From an uncultured Bacteroidia bacterium (GTDB taxonomy: Bacteria; Bacteroidota; Bacteroidia; Bacteroidales; Prolixibacteraceae), in assembly GCA_903907075.1 (NCBI GenBank), contig CAIVMQ010000006.1:1808-65807 (forward strand): a DNA stretch of 64,000 bases, given 5' to 3'. The notes below the pieces were generated by a model that worked only from the letters and a program-made list of their open reading frames with translations, made no database searches and had not been told where the DNA came from. Shown one piece after another: positions 9,656 through 18,981 of the stretch. Both the position numbers and the translations under genes were made by a program. Position 1 is the first letter of the stretch. Each line of letters starts with the position of its first letter.

Positions 9656-10714
9656 ATGATGACACCTCCTTTTGATGTGGATGAGAAATTTATGCTGCGT
9701 GCAATAGAACTTGCGCGTCTGGGGATGGGTACCGTCTCTCCAAATCCGATGGTTGGCTGTGTGATTATTCATAATAACCGTATTATTGGCGAGGGTTATC
9801 ACAGTGAATTTGGGAAGGCTCACGCTGAAGTTAATGCCATTAATCGCGTTTACAATAAAGAGTTGCTTAGGGAGTCAACTATTTATGTTACTCTAGAACC
9901 ATGCGCTCATCAAGGTAAGACCCCTCCTTGTGCCGACCTGATCCTTTTGCATAAGATCCCTCGCGTTGTTATTGGTACTGCAGATCCATATAAAGAGGTG
10001 GCAGGCAGAGGTATTGAGCGTCTGCGCAAGGCCGGATGCCTGGTGTTGGACGGATTTCAGCAGGAGAAATGCATCGAGTTAAATAGACGATTTTTTACTT
10101 TTCATCAGAAGAAAAGGCCATTCGTAATTTTAAAATGGGCTCAAACAGCCGATGGATTTATCGATATTGACCGAACAGCAGAAAATTATGGTCAGCCAAC
10201 ATGGATTACCAATGACTTATCGCGAATTGCAGTGCATAAGATGCGGACAGATGAGTCAGCAATTTTAGTCGGTACCAATACCGCAAAAAAAGATAACCCA
10301 TCCCTTACCGTGCGCGAATGGATTGGAAGATCACCTATTCGATTAGTAATAGACAGATCCGCAAAACTTCCCACCTCACTCACCCTTTTTGATCAGCAAG
10401 TATCCACGGTAGTTTATACCTCGATAACCATACCCGATAGAGAAAATATTGAATATAAGACGATAATAAGTAATGGTAACGAGGTTGAACAGATCCTTTT
10501 GGATTTGCACCAAAGGGGCGTCGTGTCGCTCATTGTTGAGGGGGGACAAAAACTGTTGAATACGTTCATCGAGCGGGGCCTTTGGGATGAAGCCAGACTA
10601 TTTATTGGAAAAAATATCTTTCACGCAGGGGTTAAAGCACCTGTATTTAATGGAAATCTGATTAAATCAGAGGAGCTTGACGATAGCTGGATGTTCCTTT
10701 TCCGCAGAGTGTAA
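9656..10714 (+). CDS. ribD: Bifunctional riboflavin biosynthesis deaminase/reductase RibD
   Basis: CMP/dCMP deaminase zinc motifs (HAEVNAI, PCAHQGKTPPC) followed by a RibD C-terminal reductase domain. Confidence 0.9.
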   Translation: MMTPPFDVDEKFMLRAIELARLGMGTVSPNPMVGCVIIHNNRIIGEGYHSEFGKAHAEVNAINRVYNKELLRESTIYVTLEPCAHQGKTPPCADLILLHKIPRVVIGTADPYKEVAGRGIERLRKAGCLVLDGFQQEKCIELNRRFFTFHQKKRPFVILKWAQTADGFIDIDRTAENYGQPTWITNDLSRIAVHKMRTDESAILVGTNTAKKDNPSLTVREWIGRSPIRLVIDRSAKLPTSLTLFDQQVSTVVYTSITIPDRENIEYKTIISNGNEVEQILLDLHQRGVVSLIVEGGQKLLNTFIERGLWDEARLFIGKNIFHAGVKAPVFNGNLIKSEELDDSWMFLFRRV

Positions 10715-10852
10715 TTGCGCTCAACGCAATTTAAATCAATTGGAAAGAACAGGTTACTTATTCTGTATCATTACCCCATTATTTCAGTACACAAAATGGC
10801 TTAACAAACCTTTACACATTAATCACAGATCAGACTCCTGCCAGAATTGTAT

Positions 10853-11233
10853 TTAATGAATTATCTTCTGATGATTCTCATTATTTGTTTGCCTTAAAAT
10901 AGTTATCTTATTATTCTCTAGCTCTCTAATCCCATGGTCATAGCAAAAGTAGTTGGTTTGATTCGATCGGGTTGTATTGGTGCAGGTAAAATAGTCGAAT
11001 TGATACCCCCTTTTCTGCAAGTCACTTTTTGAGGTCCTAATCTGTCCAGATGAATAAAGTGAAGAGATGATAAAATAGTTCTTTTTTAGAATCCTGTTGA
11101 CTGAATTGATTACAGTGTACGACTCCGCATATTGTCTGTTGTTGAAAGCACTTCGACATTGATCGCTGCAAAATTTCTGGTCGGCTCGGCCTCTGAGTTG
11201 CTCGTAGCATTCAAGGCATTTGCGATTTTCCAT
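10853..11233 (-). CDS. Hypothetical protein with an N-terminal zinc ribbon
   Basis: 126 aa. CLEC...18 aa...CSDQC gives a four-Cys ribbon at the N-terminus. No other motif recognised. Divergent from the sigma-factor gene. Confidence 0.45.
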   Translation of the reverse strand: MENRKCLECYEQLRGRADQKFCSDQCRSAFNNRQYAESYTVINSVNRILKKNYFIISSLYSSGQIRTSKSDLQKRGYQFDYFTCTNTTRSNQTNYFCYDHGIRELENNKITILRQTNNENHQKIIH

Positions 11234-11353
11234 AGTGATATTTTTAAGTAGCTAATTAATGGATATCAGAATCTTATAGAGTTTATTGATTACCCGAAGG
11301 TGTTTGATAATACGAAGATACAATTTATTTTTGATTTATTTTCAAAAAAGTTT

Positions 11354-11413
11354 ATTCGGATACTAATCGATTAAATACGAATAAAAACGGATGTAATCGA
11401 TTAGTATCCGAAT
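11354..11413 (+). repeat. Phased CG-decamer array, copy A (perfect 20-bp inverted repeat with a 20-nt spacer)
   Basis: attcggatactaatcgatta (11354-11373) is the exact reverse complement of taatcgattagtatccgaat (11394-11413). CG dinucleotides start at 11357, 11368, 11378, 11388, 11398 and 11409. The array ends 18 nt before the -7 box. Confidence 0.8.
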
Positions 11414-11431
11414 CATATTTTGACCATTCCT

Positions 11432-11439
11432 TAAGTTTG
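11432..11439 (+). promoter_or_regulatory. Bacteroidota-type -7 box TAAGTTTG for the sigma-factor gene
   Basis: Matches TAnnTTTG and ends 28 nt upstream of ATG 11468. There is no TTTG at the canonical -33 distance; CCGAAT sits there instead. Confidence 0.6.
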
Positions 11440-11467
11440 CATTAGAAAGTTTCTCTAATCCGGATTA

Positions 11468-12079
11468 ATGATGCATTCAAATCTTTCTGAAAATGCCCGG
11501 CGCGATTCAACACTTGTTATAGCAGTCCGAACCGGTAATCATAAAGCTTTTAAACAGCTGATGAACTGTTATACTGAGATGATCTATTTTATGATTCTTA
11601 AGATGGTGAACTTCAAGCCGCTGGCGAAAGAACTTACTATTGAAGCTTTTGAGAAAGCGTACATTAATTTACACCAATATGAGTCTCAATTTGCTTTTAG
11701 CTCCTGGTTGTTTAGCATTGCTCATAATCATACAATTGATCATTTGCGCAGAAAAAAAGTGAATGATGTTTTTTTCATTACTACACAGACCGATCGGAAG
11801 GGGTTAGAATCTCAAGTACATGAAACAGTTTCTTGTTCTACGGATAATCCTGAAGAAGCTTTAATAAGATTAGAGAATGCCCAGATCGTGCGTAAGTTGG
11901 TAGCTGATCTTAAACCACAATATCGGCTATTGCTTGAGATGCGCTATTTTAATGAGTATTCCTATTCGGAGATTGCTTCAGAGCTTAACCTACCTGTCGG
12001 AACTATAAAAGTTCAACTCTTCCGCTCTCGTAAATTATTATTTGAACTTATCAAAAATAGCGAAATCTGCATTGATTGA
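11468..12079 (+). CDS. RNA polymerase sigma factor, sigma-70 family (ECF-like, regions 2 and 4 only)
   Basis: Region 2 (FSSWLFSIAHNHTIDHLRRKK) and region 4 HTH (YSYSEIASELNLPVGTIKVQLFRSRKLL). No anti-sigma gene follows. Confidence 0.8.
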   Translation: MMHSNLSENARRDSTLVIAVRTGNHKAFKQLMNCYTEMIYFMILKMVNFKPLAKELTIEAFEKAYINLHQYESQFAFSSWLFSIAHNHTIDHLRRKKVNDVFFITTQTDRKGLESQVHETVSCSTDNPEEALIRLENAQIVRKLVADLKPQYRLLLEMRYFNEYSYSEIASELNLPVGTIKVQLFRSRKLLFELIKNSEICID

Positions 12080-12095
12080 TCCTTAATCTGTGTCC

Positions 12096-12722
12096 ATGGA
12101 CATCATCTTGAAATATTTCCCTGATTTGTTGCCTGAACAGATCTCACAAATAAAAAGGCTCTTTGCGCTCTATCAAATATGGAATGCAAAAGTTCGCGTT
12201 TTACCAAGGAGGGTATTTGATACCTTTTACGAGGAGCATGTTTTACACTCGATGTCTATTGCCAAAGTGATTCATTTTAAGCCAGGCAGTCGTATATTAG
12301 ATGTAGGTACAGGTGGGGGATTTCCAGGAATCCCATTGGCGATACTATTCCCGGTATGCCATTTTACACTAATCGATTCAATGCATCGGAGGATTAAGGT
12401 TGTAGAAGACATTGTACGTTCACTGAATATTAAAAATGTTAGCGTCATACATGGAAGGGTTGAAGATGTTTTTGATCAGTACGACTTTGTAGTTTCGCGT
12501 TCAGTTACCTCATTCCCTATATTGGTAGCTCTGGTGAGGAAAAATATAGATATAAAGTCAAAAAATTTCTATCCCAATGGATTGATTTACCTTAAAGGGG
12601 GGAGTTTTGATGATGAAATTATCGAGTTTAGGAAGAAGTTAAAGGTTTATGACATCTCAAAATATTTTACTGAGTCGTCGTTCCACACCCAAAAGGTGCT
12701 CTATCTGCCAATAAGCACTTAA
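12096..12722 (+). CDS. rsmG: 16S rRNA (guanine527-N7)-methyltransferase RsmG
   Basis: GidB-type SAM motif LDVGTGGGFPGIPLAI. ATG 12096 preferred over GTG 12090. Confidence 0.85.
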   Translation: MDIILKYFPDLLPEQISQIKRLFALYQIWNAKVRVLPRRVFDTFYEEHVLHSMSIAKVIHFKPGSRILDVGTGGGFPGIPLAILFPVCHFTLIDSMHRRIKVVEDIVRSLNIKNVSVIHGRVEDVFDQYDFVVSRSVTSFPILVALVRKNIDIKSKNFYPNGLIYLKGGSFDDEIIEFRKKLKVYDISKYFTESSFHTQKVLYLPIST

Positions 12723-13405
12723 ATTCCTATTGATTCTAACAGTAAGTTGATATTATTTTGGTATCTATGATCACCAGGTAATTTGATGATTCTGATCTGT
12801 TCATTGACAACAGGATTAATGTTCAGCCCTTTTATCTCCTCGTTTCCAAAGGTGCAGGTGACAGGTAAGTCTACTTGTTTTAGCTCCTGCCTGATTTTAT
12901 ATTTGCGGTTTATATTGTCTGTTTCGCTGATCAGATCCTCTAGCCGAATGGCAAAGTCAGTACTCGAGGAGGGTGATATTAAGATAATTTTCTTTATCAG
13001 CTTGTGGAAATCTTCCGTCACACGATGGGGGAGGAAGCTTGCAACATCAGCACCAAAGGAGTAGCCAACGATTATTAATCCTCTTCTGTTCCACTGTTTA
13101 AGATAATAAGTTGAGAGCTTCTCAATATCGTGCGTAAATTCTTCGGGTGTTCGCTCACTCCAGAAATATTTTCGGCTATTCAGACCGATCACTCCATAGC
13201 CCTTCTGTTTCATCTGCCGAACCATCTGTTCATTGAAACTATTCCACCCACCATCGCCTGTGATATAGATGATTATTTCATTATGGATGCCATGCGAAAG
13301 AGAGACCTGCACGGGTAAATCGGCAATTGAATTAGATGGCTGACCGATGGTAGTGGCTATACTAAGGATCAGAGAGGTGAAATATATAAGAAGTAATCGG
13401 ACCAT
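12719..13405 (-). CDS. Secreted alpha/beta hydrolase, VirJ/AcvB-like
   Basis: Signal peptide, ITGDGGW motif and nucleophile elbow GYSFGA. Resembles the VirJ family C-terminal domain, judged by eye. Confidence 0.45.
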   Translation of the reverse strand: MVRLLLIYFTSLILSIATTIGQPSNSIADLPVQVSLSHGIHNEIIIYITGDGGWNSFNEQMVRQMKQKGYGVIGLNSRKYFWSERTPEEFTHDIEKLSTYYLKQWNRRGLIIVGYSFGADVASFLPHRVTEDFHKLIKKIILISPSSSTDFAIRLEDLISETDNINRKYKIRQELKQVDLPVTCTFGNEEIKGLNINPVVNEQIRIIKLPGDHRYQNNINLLLESIGI

Positions 13406-13695
13406 TTATAATTGCATTATAAGGGTTTTTTAAATCGGTTCTTAAAAATACTCAAATTGATAATAACTTTGGTCTTATTCATTTTGGAATAGTCAGATAC
13501 TGACCTTCCGTATTTTTGCAAGCTTATTTGGCTTGTCAGATGTATCTGTTAGTTATATCAATCCCTAGGTAGCAATAGCCACGATTGAAAATCACAGTAA
13601 AGGATCAGCATATTAGCGGAATTCATCTATTCTGAGACGTATAATCTTCTGAGCTTCTCTGATTAATTGCTATTTTTGCAGTTCAAAATATAGGA

Positions 13696-14622
13696 ATGGG
13701 GCAGAAGAAGGGGATTGTTTATATTGCTTTAGTATTGGCTATGGTTTTTTGGTCGTTATCATTTGTCTGGATAAAGCAGGCTTATGTGGCTTACGGCCCA
13801 TTGACCACAGTTTTTTTCCGTTTGATTATTGCGACTTTGTTGATGTTGCTATATGGCTTTTTTAGTCATAAGTTACTTCGAATAAAAAGAGTCGATTACA
13901 GGGCTTTTTTCTTACTCGCATTCTTTGAGCCATTTCTCTATTTTATTGGGGAGAGTTTTGGGCTTAAGTATATCTCCAGTACTATGGGAGCTATAATTAT
14001 TGCCACCATTCCACTCTTCTCACCATTGGCTGCATCCCGTTTTCATGGTGAAAAACTTTCGTTGCGAACGCTATTCGGGATTATCCTCTCATTTATTGGG
14101 GTGGCAATCGTTGTATTTGATGATTCAGTAAATTTTATCATCTCCCCATTGGGAATATGTCTTGAATTTTTGGCCGTTTTTGCGGCGATATCCTATACTG
14201 TTGTGTTAAAAGATTTATCGACCAAATACAACGCCACAACAATTATAACCTATCAGAATCTGATTGGCATCTTTCTTTTTTTACCTCTCTGGGTGATTTT
14301 TGAGAGTAAATCACTGTTTAGTATCCCATTTAATGGTGACGCATTTATTGCCATTGCTGAGCTTGCCCTGTTTGCTTCATGCTTCTCGTTTATCTTGTAT
14401 ACCTATAGCCTGAAGAAAATTGGGATGAATAGCGCTAATATATTTATTAATCTCATACCTGTTATGACAGCTCTTTTCGCCTGGTATATCCTTGATGAAC
14501 CGCTTACCCCTCGCAAGTTTGCAGGAATCTTTGTGGTAATCGCGGGATTATTTATCGCCCAGGTGAAAATGGGGAAGTTTATTGCCAGGTTAGTTTCAAT
14601 TCAACAAGATGGAGGCAGATAA
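13696..14622 (+). CDS. EamA/DMT family transporter
   Basis: 308 aa with about 10 hydrophobic helices in a two-halves EamA pattern. Confidence 0.75.
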   Translation: MGQKKGIVYIALVLAMVFWSLSFVWIKQAYVAYGPLTTVFFRLIIATLLMLLYGFFSHKLLRIKRVDYRAFFLLAFFEPFLYFIGESFGLKYISSTMGAIIIATIPLFSPLAASRFHGEKLSLRTLFGIILSFIGVAIVVFDDSVNFIISPLGICLEFLAVFAAISYTVVLKDLSTKYNATTIITYQNLIGIFLFLPLWVIFESKSLFSIPFNGDAFIAIAELALFASCFSFILYTYSLKKIGMNSANIFINLIPVMTALFAWYILDEPLTPRKFAGIFVVIAGLFIAQVKMGKFIARLVSIQQDGGR

Positions 14623-15100
14623 TACCAATGTTAAAGCGCTTGCACGTCAGAATCAGGAGGAGACGACTGTTTTTTTCAATAAGCTAAAGCGGAAGAAACC
14701 AAAACAACTTGACGATGTTACTCATCGACTTCATGAAGAGGTATCTGAAAGAATGAACTGCTTGTCGTGTGGTAATTGCTGCAAGACAATTAGTCCGATG
14801 ATCACAGCCAAGGATATCGAGCGGATTGCTCATCGGCAGAAAATGAAGGAGGGTGATTTTATAGCCAAGTACCTGCGGCTTGATGAGGATCTTTGTTATG
14901 TATTTAAGGAAACTCCTTGCCCGTTTCTTTTGCCCGATAATGCGTGCATGATCTATGAGTATAGGCCCAAGGCATGCCGCGAATATCCCCATACTGACAG
15001 GCGTCGTTTTTATCAACTGCTTGATCTTACTATGCAAAACCGCGAAATATGCCCGATCGTCTATGAGGTTGTTGAACAACTGAAGAAGGTAAATCTTTAG
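14609..15100 (+). CDS. YkgJ family cysteine-cluster protein
   Basis: CLSCGNCCK (CxxCxxCC) plus a downstream CP...C...C pattern. Confidence 0.7.
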   Translation: MEADNTNVKALARQNQEETTVFFNKLKRKKPKQLDDVTHRLHEEVSERMNCLSCGNCCKTISPMITAKDIERIAHRQKMKEGDFIAKYLRLDEDLCYVFKETPCPFLLPDNACMIYEYRPKACREYPHTDRRRFYQLLDLTMQNREICPIVYEVVEQLKKVNL

Positions 15101-15147
15101 TTGTAAGATATTAAACTTTTGCAGGAGTTTCATGAACAAAGTTGATT

Positions 15148-15178
15148 CAGATTCTCCGCTACAGATTGAATCTGTTTT
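15148..15178 (+). terminator. Putative intrinsic terminator after ykgJ-like gene
   Basis: CAGATTC (15148-15154) pairs with GAATCTG (15168-15174), followed by TTTT. Confidence 0.5.
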
Positions 15179-15215
15179 AGGCTTGAATAGGCCCAAATTA
15201 AGTAGGTAGCCCGGC

Positions 15216-16238
15216 ATGAAAATTTTAGTAGTCACATTGCTTTTGTCTGTCTCTTTTTACAATCTGGTCTTCAGTCAGAATGTGAGCTATGGCACCTATC
15301 AGTTTCTCGATCTTCCCAATTCGGCTAAAGTGGCTGCACTTGGAGGGACTCAAATCGCTCTTGCAGATAACGACCTAGGGCTTACTTTTTATAATCCTTC
15401 GCTACTTAAAGACTCGATGAGGAATCAACTGTCAGTAAATTATGTCAGTTATATTGCCGGTATTGGAGTCGGGTATGCTGCATTTGCGCCAAATTTTAAG
15501 GGTCGAAATTCATTTGCTATCGCGGTACATTTCGTAAATTATGGAACTTTCGATGGGGCCTCAGAGACGGGCCAGTTAACCGGATCTTTTAAGGCTGGAG
15601 AATATGCGATTAACCTATTTTATTCGAGGAATATTTCCCCAGGATTAAGAGGTGGAATTAATTTAAAGCCAATCTTTTCTTCATTAGAAAATTATCACTC
15701 TTTCGGTATTGCCGCAGATCTTGGCTTAACCTATAGCTCATCGAACTACCGATCTGTCATTGCACTGGTGGCACGTAACATTGGACGACAAATCACAACG
15801 TATTACCAAAACGGGATATTTGAAAAGTTACCATACGATGTTCAACTTGGATTTTCACAACGGCTAACCAATGCTCCAGTTAAATTTTTGATCACAGCTG
15901 ATCATTTGAATAGGTGGGATCTGAGTTATTCGAATCTCTCTCCTGATTTAGTTTCTAATACAGTATCCAACGAGAATTTCACCTCCTTGCTTATGCGTCA
16001 TTTAATTTTAGGGACAGAAATATCGCCCGATCCACATATCGTTTTGCGATTTGGCTATACCTATCAACGGCGTAAAGAATTGGCTCTTGATAGCCGTCCG
16101 GGAATGGTGGGCTATTCTGCTGGCTTAGGGATTAAATTGGGTAAATTTAATCTTAATTATGGGATTGCAAGTTTTCATCTAGCCGCAACGGTCCATTATT
16201 TCTCTTTCACTACAAGCCTTTCCGAATTTATTCCCTAA
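15216..16238 (+). CDS. porQ: Type IX secretion system outer-membrane protein, PorQ-like
   Basis: 340 aa with a signal peptide. Has YQFLDLPNSAKVAALGG near the N-terminus and a beta-barrel pattern ending in F. As I recall, porQ-cmk-ispH synteny occurs in other Bacteroidota; this needs checking. Confidence 0.6.
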   Translation: MKILVVTLLLSVSFYNLVFSQNVSYGTYQFLDLPNSAKVAALGGTQIALADNDLGLTFYNPSLLKDSMRNQLSVNYVSYIAGIGVGYAAFAPNFKGRNSFAIAVHFVNYGTFDGASETGQLTGSFKAGEYAINLFYSRNISPGLRGGINLKPIFSSLENYHSFGIAADLGLTYSSSNYRSVIALVARNIGRQITTYYQNGIFEKLPYDVQLGFSQRLTNAPVKFLITADHLNRWDLSYSNLSPDLVSNTVSNENFTSLLMRHLILGTEISPDPHIVLRFGYTYQRRKELALDSRPGMVGYSAGLGIKLGKFNLNYGIASFHLAATVHYFSFTTSLSEFIP

Positions 16239-16312
16239 GTTTTATAGGATTAGAGAACGATTCTTTGTGTTCATGCTTAAACATTATCTTTGTTTCGAAA
16301 TCATTAATTCAC

Positions 16313-17005
16313 ATGGCAGCAAATCTTCCTAATATTATTATTGCAATAGATGGACACTCTTCGTGTGGGAAGAGCACGGTAGCCCGCGAGATTGCCCGCA
16401 GACTTAATTATATCTTTATCGATAGTGGGGCAATGTATCGTGCGGTAACCCTTTATTGCCTACGTAATGCTATTATTTTCAATGGGATAGTGGATAAGCA
16501 GAAGCTGTTGACCCATTTAGATGCCATCAAGGTATATTTTCAGCTGAACCCTCAGAATCAACACAATGATATTTGGCTTAATGGAGAGAATGTCGAAGAT
16601 GAGATACGGCTACTGGAAGTCTCGCAGCATGTTAGTCCGGTAGCTGCGGTTGCAGAAGTGAGGCACTTATTAGTTTCGCTGCAACACGAGATGGGTCTTG
16701 CCAAAGGGATCGTAATGGATGGTCGTGACATTGGAACAGTCGTATTCCCGAATGCGGAGCTCAAAATATTTATGACTGCCCGCGCCGATATCCGGGCCCA
16801 AAGGCGTTATGATGAGCTCACAGCAAAGGGGGAGAAGGTGAGTTACGAGGAGATTATGGCAAATGTCATAGAACGAGACCGATATGACGAGACGCGCGAA
16901 CAGAGTCCGCTGCGCAAAGCTCCCGATGCGGTAGTTCTCGATACTAGTTTTATGAATCGCGAAGAACAATTAGAGTGGGTACTTAATCTGGTTAGTAAAA
17001 TTTGA
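16313..17005 (+). CDS. cmk: (d)CMP kinase
   Basis: P-loop IAIDGHSSCGKST and GAMYRA. ATG 16313 preferred over TTG 16265. Confidence 0.9.
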   Translation: MAANLPNIIIAIDGHSSCGKSTVAREIARRLNYIFIDSGAMYRAVTLYCLRNAIIFNGIVDKQKLLTHLDAIKVYFQLNPQNQHNDIWLNGENVEDEIRLLEVSQHVSPVAAVAEVRHLLVSLQHEMGLAKGIVMDGRDIGTVVFPNAELKIFMTARADIRAQRRYDELTAKGEKVSYEEIMANVIERDRYDETREQSPLRKAPDAVVLDTSFMNREEQLEWVLNLVSKI

Positions 17006-17015
17006 ATTCACAGAT

Positions 17016-17876
17016 ATGGTTGTAGCTGTAGATCACAATTCAGGATTTTGTTTTGGCGTAAAGGCAGCTGTTCAAAAGGCCCAGGAGATTCTTGTTAAAC
17101 ATGATTCTCTTTATTGCCTGGGAGAGATCGTTCATAATGAATCGGAAGTTGAGCGTCTCTCAAAAATGGGACTTATAACCATTGATCATGACCAGTTTTT
17201 CACACTATCAAATACAACAGTTCTGTTAAGAGCTCATGGGGAACCTCCCTCAACCTATCAATATGCCCGTCAAAATAATATTCAACTCATAGATGCCACC
17301 TGTCCGATTGTAGTTAAACTGCAAAAGCAGATACACGCCGATTTTAAATCGACAAAAGGGCAGAAAGGGCAACTTATTATTTATGGAAAACGGGGGCATG
17401 CCGAGGTTAATGGCCTTGTTGGTCAGACTAATGATGAGGCAATTGTTATCGAGTATGCAATAGATCTGGAGCAGGTCGATTTTTCGCGACCAATAAGTTT
17501 ATATGCACAAACAACCAAAGACCTGAAAGGTTTTCATCAACTTGCGGGAGAAATACAACGCAGAGCCATCTCTGCTCCGGTAAAAATTCAAGATACCATT
17601 TGTCGCCAGGTATCAAATCGTATCCCCGGAATCATTGAGTTTGCGAAACGTTACCCATTAATCCTTTTTGTAAGTGGACAAAAGAGTTCTAATGGGAGGA
17701 TGTTATTTGATATTTGTCTCTCGGAAAATCCAAATAGTAAATTTATCTCCTGCTTAGGAGATATTTCAGCCGATTGGTTTAAAGATATTGAGTCAGTTGG
17801 AATTTGTGGTGCGACATCAACACCGAAAGAGACTCTTGAGCAGATGGCGGAGGCAATAAGGCAGATGGTTGATTGA
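17016..17876 (+). CDS. ispH: 4-hydroxy-3-methylbut-2-enyl diphosphate reductase
   Basis: LytB-family pattern: GFCFGV, IVHN, ATCP, GHAEV. Confidence 0.9.
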   Translation: MVVAVDHNSGFCFGVKAAVQKAQEILVKHDSLYCLGEIVHNESEVERLSKMGLITIDHDQFFTLSNTTVLLRAHGEPPSTYQYARQNNIQLIDATCPIVVKLQKQIHADFKSTKGQKGQLIIYGKRGHAEVNGLVGQTNDEAIVIEYAIDLEQVDFSRPISLYAQTTKDLKGFHQLAGEIQRRAISAPVKIQDTICRQVSNRIPGIIEFAKRYPLILFVSGQKSSNGRMLFDICLSENPNSKFISCLGDISADWFKDIESVGICGATSTPKETLEQMAEAIRQMVD

Positions 17877-17927
17877 AATTTGAAGTTAATTTAACGATAG
17901 ATCTCATGTTTACACCACTTTCGCGGT

Positions 17928-17935
17928 TAAATTTG
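17928..17935 (+). promoter_or_regulatory. -7 box TAAATTTG for pfkA
   Basis: GTTAAATTTGCACCT is a 15-nt core identical to the tex promoter at 29635-29649. Confidence 0.6.
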
Positions 17936-17958
17936 CACCTTATAAAATTAAGAACGAT

Positions 17959-18981
17959 ATGGTAAAGGAAAATAGGGTAGCGATGCCGGATGATTATATC
18001 GATAATCCGATTAGAAAGATTGGTATTTTAACCTCCGGAGGCGATGCCCCGGGGATGAATGCTGCCATTCGGGCCGTCACCCGCACCGCAATATTTTATG
18101 GCCGTGAAGTAGTTGGGATTTTTCATGGTTATAAAGGACTGATAGAGAATAACTTTAAAAATCTGGCCTCGGGTGATGTTAGTAATATTATTCAATTAGG
18201 GGGTACGATTTTAAAGACAGCTCGTAGTGCGGAGTTTCGCACTGTTGAGGGACGCGATAAGGCCTATCAGAATATCAAGAATGCGGAAATTGATGCGTTA
18301 ATAGTTATTGGCGGTGACGGTACTTTTACCGGTGCCGGGATCTTTGCCCAAGAGTACGGTGTTCCAATAGTAGGTATACCGGGGACTATCGATAATGATT
18401 TATTTGGTACCGATTTTACAGTTGGATATGATACAGCCTTAAACACTATTGTTGAGGCTGTAGATAAGATCCGCGATACTGCAACGGCGCACGAGCGCCT
18501 TTTCTTTATTGAGGTTATGGGTCGCGATGCCGGCTTTCTTGCTTTAAATGGGGGAATTGCTTCTGGTTCGGAGGCGGTACTGGTCCCAGAAACAGATACT
18601 GACCTTACCACACTCGAGAATCTGATTAAATCGGGTTATCGACAGAGTAAAAATTCGTCAATCGTACTGGTGGCAGAGGGCGAAAAGGCTGGAGGGGCAT
18701 TTAATATTGCCAAACAGGTTGAACAGGATTACCCGCAATACGATGTTCGGGTAACCATTCTCGGTCATATTCAACGCGGAGGATCACCCACGGCTTCAGA
18801 TCGAATTCTCGCAAGCCGCCTGGGCCTTGCCGCTGTTGAGACCTTACTTGAAGATCAAAAAAGTGTGATGGTAGGAATCGAGAACGATCAAATCTCACTT
18901 GTTCCCTTTAATAAAGCCATTAAATACGACAAAGAGATGAATCGTAAGTTATTCGATTCAATCCGAATATTATCATCCTAA
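17959..18981 (+). CDS. pfkA: ATP-dependent 6-phosphofructokinase
   Basis: [24 protein letters not shown] and PGTIDND motifs. Confidence 0.9.
   Translation: MVKENRVAMPDDYIDNPIRKIGILTSGGDAPGMNAAIRAVTRTAIFYGREVVGIFHGYKGLIENNFKNLASGDVSNIIQLGGTILKTARSAEFRTVEGRDKAYQNIKNAEIDALIVIGGDGTFTGAGIFAQEYGVPIVGIPGTIDNDLFGTDFTVGYDTALNTIVEAVDKIRDTATAHERLFFIEVMGRDAGFLALNGGIASGSEAVLVPETDTDLTTLENLIKSGYRQSKNSSIVLVAEGEKAGGAFNIAKQVEQDYPQYDVRVTILGHIQRGGSPTASDRILASRLGLAAVETLLEDQKSVMVGIENDQISLVPFNKAIKYDKEMNRKLFDSIRILSS

Noticed and set aside
14684-15235. 183-aa minus-strand ORF
   Set aside because: It is antisense to the YkgJ-like gene and runs into the porQ start. It has no motifs and is AT-rich codon noise.
16265-16312. 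N-terminal extensions given by the ORF track (cmk TTG 16265, asd 4527, lon 58878, Nif3 34497, coxIII 25547, LTD 4633)
   Set aside because: Family-typical N-termini begin at internal ATGs. The extensions overlap promoters or upstream genes, so the starts were trimmed.
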